Under the pieces are notes generated by a model. It worked only from the letters and a program-made list of their open reading frames with translations, was not told where the DNA came from and did no database searches. Shown here piece after piece: positions 1-10,100 of a DNA stretch of 64,000 bases (within the stretch, counting starts at the first letter, position 1; the number at the start of each line of letters is the position of its first letter). The stretch comes from Schmidtea polychroa (lineage: Eukaryota), in NCBI GenBank assembly GCA_044892525.1, contig CM097887.1, positions 42,966,001 to 43,030,000 on the forward strand, given 5' to 3'. The translations under genes were made by a program, and so were the position numbers.

Positions 1-152
1 TTTCGGTCTTCTATATATTTGTTTACTAGTCTCTCGTTTTCGTACTTCTCTTCCCGTAACTCGGCCTTTAACGTTTGTGTTTTTGTTGTTTCTGCCTCAA
101 TCTCTCCCTCTTCTACGTCGCTCGTAATTTCTATTATTTCCTCGATTTTCAT
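1..152 (-). CDS. Accessory ORF of the element, partial (MKIEEIIEITSDVEEGEIEAE...), runs off the window
   Basis: ATG at 150-152 and 50 open codons to the window edge. The upstream context (ttatagatATG) matches that of neighbouring accessory ORFs. Confidence 0.65.
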   Translation of the reverse strand, partial: MKIEEIIEITSDVEEGEIEAETTKTQTLKAELREEKYENERLVNKYIEDR

Positions 153-319
153 ATCTATAATATGTACAGTTAATGGTGCGCTATAGTGCGACTTATACAT
201 ATACATTTATATAAAATTTAATAGTTCGGGTTACAGTCCCTTGAATACTTTTATAATACTTTAATTTTTTTGTTTGGGATGTACGTCCCGATTTTTTTGT
301 TTTTATCTTTTATTCACCC

Positions 320-1375
320 TTATACGAAGGTTTCCTCCTGTCCCACATAACCTTCATCACTATCGACCGCGGGATGCAACTGTATCGCAATAGGGTCATA
401 GGGTAGGTAATATTGGGGGATTTGAGCTCTCAATTCATTAATTTCGTCTCTTAGAGCTCGAGTGATGTTCAATTCCTCGTCGAGCAGATAGGTGAGATAC
501 CTTGTCTCTTCGTCTTTCGCCTCTATTTGTTTGTCTAGGGCCTTGATTTTCTCGTCGCCCTTCCATTTTTCAATTTCTATTTCTAAGTTTTTAATATTTT
601 CGGTATACATTTTCCTCTCGTTTTCTAATTTTTTATTTTTTCCCGCTAGGACCATGTTTCTTTGTTCCAGCGATCCTTGTAATCCATTAAGGTCTCTTTT
701 CATCTCTTCGACCTGATTTACTAATTCCACAATCCGTCCTGCTTGTTGGGTTATCATCTCTTCCATTGCGGCGTTCTCGTGCTCTCTTATGTCGCATTTC
801 ATTGCCAAATGTCGCTCAAACTCCATGGCTTTTGTTTGCCAGGTTTGACTTCGGGCGGCGACCTTTCTCAACCGTTTCAATTCTTCCTTTATTATTAAAT
901 TCTCCTCCCATTTACCTTGTTCGCTTTCATATCCGAGTCTCATGGGCAATTCTTTCATCTCTTTTTTCATTTCACTGTTTTGTCTTTTCCATTTTCTCGC
1001 TTCTGCCACTAAGTGCATCATTTTCCTTCCTTCTATTTGCTTTTCCGCTTCGCGCTTGGTGTTCTCATCGGTAAGTCTCTTTCTCGCTTCCTGCACTAGC
1101 TGCTTTAAGTAGTGGCTGTGCGCTTCTTGGCGGGTATTTTCTAATGATGCCCATTTTGATGCTCTTTTACATGCTTCGGCTTCCTCTCTTAAATTGTGGA
1201 TTAGCCATTGATATTTACTGTTCTCATCTTCTCTAGCTTCTTCGATGTAGTTTCGGGTGAGGTTAGTTAGTTGGAACATTACTTTGTTCCATTTTTCGTT
1301 ATATTCTCTGGGAATTTGTGTCTTGTGGGTATTGGTTGGGGCTATCGTATTTTCGGTTATTCTCTCTTGTGTCAT
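320..1375 (-). CDS. Accessory long coiled-coil protein (351 aa)
   Basis: Intronless E/K/R-rich heptad-like sequence with the same A-rich strand bias as the polyprotein. Confidence 0.8.
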   Translation of the reverse strand: MTQERITENTIAPTNTHKTQIPREYNEKWNKVMFQLTNLTRNYIEEAREDENSKYQWLIHNLREEAEACKRASKWASLENTRQEAHSHYLKQLVQEARKRLTDENTKREAEKQIEGRKMMHLVAEARKWKRQNSEMKKEMKELPMRLGYESEQGKWEENLIIKEELKRLRKVAARSQTWQTKAMEFERHLAMKCDIREHENAAMEEMITQQAGRIVELVNQVEEMKRDLNGLQGSLEQRNMVLAGKNKKLENERKMYTENIKNLEIEIEKWKGDEKIKALDKQIEAKDEETRYLTYLLDEELNITRALRDEINELRAQIPQYYLPYDPIAIQLHPAVDSDEGYVGQEETFV

Positions 1376-1567
1376 TTCTAAATCATTGATATAGATTAAT
1401 CTCTTTTTTAAAAAAAAATTTATTTATTGGTTACTGGCCCGTTGGAAATTTTTCGCATCATTTTTGGGTTTTCGTATTTAGGGTTTTTCATACCATTATT
1501 ATATAATATTTTATTGGATATATACGCCGATATATACAGGTTATTATATACAACATTATTCGATGGG

Positions 1568-2956
1568 TTACTCCGTTCTACCCTTTCCTTCCCTTCGTAC
1601 TGTCATTTTTATATATATTGTGTCATTTCTCGTCATCTCTTCCATCTTTTGCTGCAAGATGAATGTAGGCGCTCCCGATGCTGCTCCTTCCTCATCAATA
1701 GGTCGCCGGTAACACAGCTGGGTTCCCGTCGTTTTAAAGCTTTGTTCGTGGACGCTTTGGTCATTCATCATTGCGATATCGATTTTTGCCTGGAATGGCC
1801 ATTCTATTATTTCGTCATATTCCCCTTTACATAATAGAAAAAATATCGAAAAATGTGTATTCAATCCGGTTCCATCTCCGTTGGGATATATCCTTATTTT
1901 CATCTTGTACCCATTTTTCCACGAATGGAATGCAGGACTTGTTATTCTTGTCTCTTCTCCGGTTTTTGCTTTTCGTATTCTTTCTTTTACTTCCGTTATT
2001 TTCCATATGTAGGGTGCTGTTGGTATTACTTCATTTAGATTTATTTCCCGTATTTTCTGGTGTAGCTCCTTGGCCTGATTATTACTGATTTCTATTCGGT
2101 TCATTTGCATCTTTATGTTTGCTCGGGCTTCTTCGAACGCTTCCCTTTCTTCTAGTAGTTCTTTGACTAACACTTTCAACGATGTTATCTCCATCTCCAT
2201 TTGTTTTACTTTCTCATCGCTTTCTTGTAACGCAGTCGACCACATTTCTGCGTGGGTTGAGGCATTTTCTACTAAATGATGTGGTAACTCTCCTCGGTGT
2301 TATAGTTTCTGACAGCCCCATTTACCTAGTACACATATCATCCTTTTCTTCTCACATTCTTTTAAGTGTTGGGCTATTTTTATTATTCTCCCTTCCTCGC
2401 ATCCGTTCGGGCATTCCCCACTGAACTCTGCACATACCTTTTCTTCTTGGACATTGTGATGTTTGATGGTGAGATTTTTCCACGTATCTATTTCTCCACA
2501 ATGTTCACATCTTTCTAGTCTCTCTTCACACTGGCTATGATGCTCTTTTTCTTCGCTTGCTCGAATGGTTTTATGGCACCTTTCACACTGGCCGATTCTA
2601 TACATACATTCCCCCATATGTTGCACTACCTTCCATATTACTCCTTTCCATTCGCATGGGGCATTTTTGCATCCCAGGTTGGTGTTTAACATGTCTTTCA
2701 CGGCGGCTTTATCCTCGTTAGTGTCTTCTAAACTCGATATTAGTGTCTCTTTGCACACCGGGCACCACTGCGGTCCATTCTTTATTGCTTCACTGATACA
2801 TTCCTTACATACTCTGCATCCACATAGGGTTTGGTGGGGTTCTTTTAGTAACTTTTCACATATTCCGCACATAACATGTTTGTGTATTCTGATCGTTGTA
2901 GATTTTCGGATTTGCTCGACAATCTCTCTGAACTCTTCTCTTTGTCGTTTATCCAT
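1568..2956 (-). pseudogene. TRAF: Element-borne intronless TRAF homologue (RING, TRAF zinc fingers, coiled coil, MATH/TRAF-C) with one in-frame TAA at 2300-2302
   Basis: RING CGICEKLLKEPHQTLCGCRVCKEC...CPVC; TRAF fingers CKNAPCEWKG...HMGEC and CERC...HHSQC; MATH YIWKI...SPAF...GYKMKIRIYPNGDG...THFSIFF...GEYDEIIEWPF. ORFs 2300..2956 and 1568..2245 share one frame (cag aaa cta TAA cac cga). Confidence 0.92.
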
Positions 2957-3041
2957 TCTATAATTATATGTACATATAGTTCTTATCGATACAGGTTCGA
3001 TATTTTATTTAAAATTATTTACATTTTAAGCTAGGTTTGGT

Positions 3042-3401
3042 TTAGGGTTCGGAAGAGTCGGCTTCGTGTCCGCTCTCCTCTCTATTCATTAGCCATTCCG
3101 ACCAGTCTTCTATTTCTGTCTGTTCTGCTTCCTCCATCATTCTTTCTAGTTCAATTTCCTGTCTATGGCTATATTGGGTTATCCTCTCCATTTCTCTTTG
3201 CATTTGTTCGATTTTTAACCTCTGGTCTTCAATTATCTTCAAATAACTAAATCCTCTGTTCATACTCTCGATTAGGTTTCTGTGCATCGTCAGTCCTTGT
3301 TCTTGCAAATTGGACACTAATTGTGCTAATACGGCACATTGTTGCTTCCATAATTCTTCAGTTACTGTATTGTGGTTCATTTCGTTATTTCCTTGATCCA
3401 T
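3042..3401 (-). CDS. Accessory small coiled-coil/acidic protein (119 aa from the ATG at 3401)
   Basis: ORF track 3042..3425 starts at TTG; the first ATG is at 3399-3401 (MDQGNNEM...). Confidence 0.7.
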   Translation of the reverse strand: MDQGNNEMNHNTVTEELWKQQCAVLAQLVSNLQEQGLTMHRNLIESMNRGFSYLKIIEDQRLKIEQMQREMERITQYSHRQEIELERMMEEAEQTEIEDWSEWLMNREESGHEADSSEP

Positions 3402-3561
3402 TCTTAATTTATATCCACTTTTCAACTCTTATGTAAATTTAATTTTATTTTATGATTCCCGTTATTGTATAATATTGATACCGCGCTTATATAAAGATAT
3501 AGTACTGTTATATACATAAGATATACTTACTTTTTACAATTATATACAGTCATATTCCTTT

Positions 3562-4116
3562 CTATATACGTGAGTTTGGAGGGCGCTGAACGTTCCAGGC
3601 CTCCACCCACTGTTCTTGTTTGATATCACTTGGTCGTTTCACTCGATGTTGGAAGTTTCTGATTCGGGTCATTTCTAGTTCTCCGCGATGTCGTTTGTCT
3701 TTAATTATTTTTATTGTTCCCCCCGTTATGATTAGGAATGCTCCTGTTATTATTATCCCACTGATCCACATCATCTGCTTCACGCTTATACTCTCTGGTT
3801 TTTCCTTGTTTGTTAATGTTGATATTGCTTCTGTACTTTTCTCGTTCCCTCTTTTGCCATTCCCTTTCATCATCTCTCGTATTCTTGCTATTTCCTCGTT
3901 CATACCCTCCTTTGCCATTTTTTGTATTTTTTCCATCTCTTCCTCCGAAACATAGTTGTCCTGAGCTTCCTCGCCAGTTTTCTTGTGCTTTCCTCCTTCG
4001 TCCTTTTCGTCGTGGTTTTTCCTTTTCTTTCCTCTTTTCCCCGGGTATCGTCGGCATTCTCTTTTTGATTCGTATATTCCTTCGGGGGCTGCTGCTGCGT
4101 CACATATTGATGGCAT
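3562..4116 (-). CDS. Membrane-anchor ORF overlapping the polyprotein end in the -1 frame; probably its true C-terminus
   Basis: TM helix MMWISGIIITGAFLIITGGTIKII followed by a basic tail. One extra A in the A5 run near 4016-4020 would fuse it to the polyprotein. Confidence 0.7.
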   Translation of the reverse strand: MPSICDAAAAPEGIYESKRECRRYPGKRGKKRKNHDEKDEGGKHKKTGEEAQDNYVSEEEMEKIQKMAKEGMNEEIARIREMMKGNGKRGNEKSTEAISTLTNKEKPESISVKQMMWISGIIITGAFLIITGGTIKIIKDKRHRGELEMTRIRNFQHRVKRPSDIKQEQWVEAWNVQRPPNSRI

Positions 4117-7100
4117 CTCTCACCCGGTCCTAATCTTGAAATACAGACTTTGTGCTCTTTTCTTGGTTGGAGCTGCGTTATTACTACTTCGCCACCTTTT
4201 CCGAGGTGTACCTCTTTTCCTTTAACGTTCGTTATTCTTTTCCCGTCTCGATTTCGGTATGCTTCTTGTATTCTTACTTCTGTTATTGGTTCTGTGTCCT
4301 CATTTATCAGTACTAGTTTCTGATACGCTCTAGACATGCATCTTCCTAGTATGCACCTTTCCTTTAAGTCCCATTCTTCCTTTAAATCCCACTGCTGCTC
4401 TTGTGCTTGCTTTTTCTTTTCTTGTTTTAGTTCATCCTCTTTGCTATCTTGATTCTCCGCTTCTTTGGTTTCTTTTATCGTTCTCGTCCCTCCATGAGCT
4501 GTTACTAACTCTATCATGGTAAGCATAATTATCATTAATATCATATTTGTCTCTATTTCTTTGTTAGTGAAAGGTAGGCATACCCTCTGTTTTCCATTAT
4601 TCGGTTTTTCCTCCTCTTTGGTCTTGGTTCCCGGGCTGTTTCCCTCTCTTTTCGTATCCGAATCCTTGTTTTCCGGTTTATCCTCCTCCGGTTCTCTTTT
4701 CTCTTTATCCTCCTTTCGGCCTTTTCCGTTATTGTCATCGTGTTTATCTCCCCCGCTGTCGTTTAAAATGTCGTCCTCGACATTTATATCGTTCAATAAT
4801 CTGCGATATGCTGTTAGCACTCTGTTTCTTGCTAATTTTGCTTCGAATTCAAACTCCTTTCTGCCCGTTGCAGCGTGTCTCTTTCTATTCCATTCTTTGA
4901 CTAATTCTCTTAATTGAATGCGACGATGTTTCCCAATTCTTTGTTGCTCGCTCTGATTTTGCGTGAATTTGAGGTCTTCTCTGTTTAGTACTATTAAAAT
5001 AATTTTTGGTGTCCCCCCTTTAGTTAATGTATTCTTTACCATCGCGTTTTCTCCGTTTTCGTAGAATTCGTTTATATTTATCGCATATTTATTACTTTGT
5101 GGTATTCTCCATGTTACTAATAATTTCATTGCTTCCAGATTTTTCCGTACCGTATTCCACTGAAATTGAGATGTGTTTTTGCATATATTTTCAACTTCTT
5201 CTTTTGTCGCATTTTTGCAAATGAATCTGATCATTTCTAAGTTTGGCTGTATGGTTGCCCAGTCCAAGGTGGAATTTCCTTCATTGGACCTTTCGTCTAG
5301 TCTCGATCCCGATTGATGTAGTATGTGGAGTGTTTTTGGGTGTATTTTCGTTATAGCTGCATACATCATGGCGGTTTCGCCTTGTTCATTTTTCGTGTTG
5401 GTTTCCTCGCCCATATCTCCAAGGATTCTCATGATCGTTATTGCTCTATTTTCTTTCGCTGCTAGTATTGCTTGTTGTAGGGGTGTTCTGGAATCCTTCG
5501 TTACCATCGTAAATGCTCGAGGCAAGAAGGTTTTGATTTTCCCGATATCTAAACCCGTGGTTTGATCTCTTGCGTATGTATGTACAGCTTTTATTATTTT
5601 TGACAATATTATTTCGTCTGACAACTCTAGCATTTCCTCAAAGAATACCTCTTTCGCTTTGCGTATTATTGCCTCCTGATCTATACTCATTGATTTTGTT
5701 TCGATGACGTTATTTGTGACCTTTTGGTTCGTTGTCAATTTTGGTTCCCTTGATTTCCCATACCTTATTTTCGTTTTCTTTCCGTTTGGATTATTGATTC
5801 GTTCCTCTGCTGTAAGTATTTGGATAATATCCAGGTAATTCTCGCGGATGTTATTCATTGTGTCCATCATATATAACACACTTACCGTTTCCCAATATTT
5901 ATTTCGTACTTGGTTAGTAAATTGGAATAGGGATTTTTCGAATGTGTCGATTCGCTTTTTTGCTAACTGTTCGTCTTTATGATTTGTGAATTTTATCCCT
6001 CGTTCTAGTAATTGATTCGGAATTTCGAATAAATGATGTCCTTTCATAGCTTCTCTCATCAGCGTGTTCTCTCCTCTCGTGAACGCTTCGTTTACGTTGA
6101 TCATATAATCGTTTTGAATTGGATTTCTCCATGTAATTAATATTCCGGTAATTGTTGTCAGTTTTTCTTTGATCGCTGTTAATAATCCATCATACATGTT
6201 TCCGACTTCCCGATTGTCCTCATATGATAGTAGTTCCATCAATGACGTGAACGCCTCGGTGCTTTTCCCTTCGATAGCATGATGTAGTGCATTTTTCCGC
6301 TCGTGGTCTTGTGTAGTTATTTTTGATCCAGTATCAAGTAATGCGGTTATAATGTCTTTGGTTTTTCCTGTGTTTGCTGCTATCATTAATGGTGTGTAAC
6401 CTTGGTTGTTTGTTTGTTCTGTTGATCGCTTGCAGTCGTGAAATGCTTCTATTGTTTCTAGTATTAGCTCGTTGTTACCTACTTTCATGAGTTTGTGTAA
6501 TGGTGTGTCTCCGTAATGATCTGTTATTGTAAATAATATCGGCCATTGGCTTTTGACTACTCGCAATAACGGATGTGTCCTCTCTCTGTTCGCATAATTT
6601 TCGATCATCGTCAATAATCCTCCTAATATTTCGAAATCTAATCGATCTTTTGCCCATCCAGGTATTTTAATTTTTACCTCTTTTACAATCTTTTCTGCTT
6701 CTGATGGTTGGATACCCAATCGTCCGGTGATCGGTTCTGCGAGTTGTTGCATCATGTTCATTCTGTATGTTTGCGAACGTGTGGTTAATGTTCGACCTTC
6801 TGGTTGACTGGTGGCGGTTTTTGGAATTGATTTACATCGTGCCACGTTCACGTATATTGGCCTGGTGAATGGATTATTTATCAATTTCACTCTTACATTG
6901 GTTTCGCCTACGAATAAGATCTCATATGGTCCTTTTCCGTTGCGTTGTAACTTTTTTGTGGTTCCTGGAATTAATTCCGGGGTTTCTATCATTACCCAAT
7001 CACCTGTTTGAAACGTATGTTGCTTCACGTTTTTCTTTCGATCGTGTAAATCTTTATAACTTTCCTGGTAGAACTTGATATTTAATCCCGCAATTTCCCA

Positions 7101-10100
7101 AATTTCTTGCATTCTTTCCTTGAATTTCGTAACATAATCGTCGATCTCCATATACTGCGATATCGGTGGTTGGTATTCCAGGTCCATTGGCATGTTGCAC
7201 TTTCTTCCGTACATTAATTTAAATGGGCTCATTTTCGTTGATGCATGAATTGACATTCTGTATGCCATAAGACATAGGTTTATATATTCGTCCCAATCTC
7301 GTTGGTGACGATCGACGTAGTTTGATAACATTTGTATAAGTGTTCCATTAAATCTTTCCGTCATCCCATTGGTTTGAGGGTGGTATGGAGATGTTCTTAG
7401 CTTTGCTATTTTGAAGTAATTTGTTACTTCGTTCATTATTTCACTCATAAAATTAGTTCCCTGATCGGTTAATATCTGTTTTGGTGTTCCGTATCGGCAG
7501 CATATCTCTTCTACCAAGATTCTTGCGATTGTTTTAGCTTTTTGGTCTGGCATCGCGAATGCTTCTGGAAATTTCGTAAGAAAGTCTGTGATCACCAGAA
7601 TGTAAATATTTCCTTTATCTGACTCTGGTAGTGGACCAACTACGTCCATGGATATCATTGTCATTGGTTCTATTGGTACTGGCATTGGCGTTAAAGGTGC
7701 TTTCCATTTCGATCCAGTATTCTTCCTGGTTGCACAAGTTAGACAATTTTTTACCCATTCGGTTACATCTTCAGTTAACGTAGGCCAAAAATATTTCTGC
7801 TTCATTCTTGCTAACGTCTTTTTCGATGACATATGTCCTCCCAATCTCCCATCGTGATATTGCGTTAGTAACTCTTTTCGTCGGTTTTCCGGTATACACA
7901 TTAATCGTTTTTCCCCATCCATTATCAGCAACCAATCTTTCTCTATAATATATCGGTGTCGGTGTTTATCCATATGTTCTTTTAATTTTTGGTCTTTCGC
8001 ATATACATCTGTCTTTCCGGTTTTTACATAATCGATAATTTGTTTTAATTCCGCGTCCTCTTGTTGGTCTTTTCGCAATTGACAGAAATCCAAATCTTCC
8101 GCTACTATTAAGCATATGCGTTGCATTTCGGAATCCACCAACTCTGGAAAAATAAATCTTGACATACAATCGGCGTTGGCATTTGCTCTTCCCGCTTTGA
8201 ATTTTATAAATGGGGAGTATTCTTGCAATTGCATGGCCCATCTCATCAGTCTACTGGACGCTTCTTTATGTTGCCCTAACCACACCAATGGTTGATGATC
8301 TGTGGTTATACATATCTCATGTCCCCATAGTAAATATCGGAAGTGTTTGATAGCTTGTATTATAGCCAATGCTTCCCGTTCTGTTACCGAATAGTTCTTT
8401 TCATGCTTTTTGAATGTTCGGCTGTAATACCCGATTACTCTCTCTTTTCCTTCATCGTCTAATTGTCCCAGAATCGCACCTGCCGCGTACCCGCTTGCAT
8501 CCGTTGCCAATAGAAATGGCTTCTTAAAATCTGGGTGTACTAGGATAGGTGCTTCGATTAGTTTATCTCTCAGCGTTTCAAACGCCTCTTGTTGTTCCTT
8601 CCCCCAAATGAACGAAATGTCCTTCTTTACTAATTCCTGGATTGGTTTTGCAATTCCTGCATAATTTTTGATAAATTTGCGATAGTATCCGCATAATCCT
8701 AGAAATTCCTGAACTTGGGTGACCGTTTTCGGTGCTGGACATGTTTTTATTTTCTCAATGTTTCTTGGATCTGGCTCCTTTCCTTTAGCTGACACTATGT
8801 GTCCTAAAAACGTGACTTTTTCCTTTGCCCAATCGCATTTTGATGGTTTGAGTTTGAGTTTCCACTGTCTTAATCTAATAAATACGTTTCGGATATCTTC
8901 CAGATGTTGTTCAAATGTCGCTGAATAGATTAGTAAATCATCAATATATACCATACATTGTTTGATTCCATGAGTGACAAAGTTCATACACCGTTGAAAT
9001 GATGCTGGTGCGTTGGTCAGTCCGAATGGCATTTTCCTGAATTGATATAGATTTCGTCCCAACGTGAAAGCTGTTTTCTCTTTGTCCTCATCTTTGACTT
9101 TAATCTGCCAGTATCCACTTTTTAGATCTAAAGAAGTAAAATATGCTGCCCCTTGCAACATCAATAACATCTCATTGATGTCCGGCAATGGATAGGTATC
9201 TCTCTTGGTTACTGCGTTTAACTTCCGATAATCGATACAGAATCGTTGGGTGCCATCCTTCTTTTTCACCATGACCACTGGGAATTGCCAAGGTGAGCAA
9301 CTCGGTTCGATTACTTTTGCGTCTAGCATCTTTTGTACTTCTGCTTCGGCTATTTCTTTTTGCATTTCTGCTAGCTTGTATGGTCTTAATGCAATTGGAG
9401 TTTCATCTATGAGGGGTATTGCATGTAGGGTAACATCGCATGTACCCAAATCTAAATCTGAGATGGCGAATATATCTTTATATTCCACCAACAATCGGTG
9501 CAATTTTTTCTTTTCATCATTCGTCAACAACATACTATCTATTGTCCATAATTCATCATCTTTGATCATCTCGTTGGTCACTTTCGGTAATTCTATGTCC
9601 ATCATTGGGGTCAATCTTCCCAATTTTTCGTTCTCATAAATGATTTTGTCTTCTTCTTCGAAATTCGTGATGTTGAGCGGTATCACTCCTTCTTGGTTTA
9701 TTGTTATTATTTCCCTTGCGAGTGGTAACTCTCGTCGCTTTTCGAATGATTTGCTTGGTTCAAAGATAACTTCTCCTTCCATACCCGTATCCACTTTTAT
9801 CTGACAAATCATCTGTGATTTTGCTGGTACTATTATTTTTTCTGGACATCTGATTACTGCATTCATTTTGCATATTCTACCGGTTTTGTCTTTTAGACAC
9901 ATAGTGGTTAAGTCAATTACGACTTCTTTTAACAATTCTGGCATCAGGTCCGTTCCGATTATGCATGGTACGCTAAGTTTTGGTATTACTGCCAAATACG
10001 TTTCAATTTCGTTGTCCTGGTATCTCAAAGTAGTCCACCATCTTCCGACCACGTCCACTGTTTCTTTACTACATGCTATGATGTGAATTGTTGTTGATTC

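Noticed and set aside
4010-4030. Programmed -1 ribosomal frameshift site
   Set aside because: A GGA AAA and A AAA ACC do not fit X XXY YYZ; a homopolymer indel is more parsimonious.
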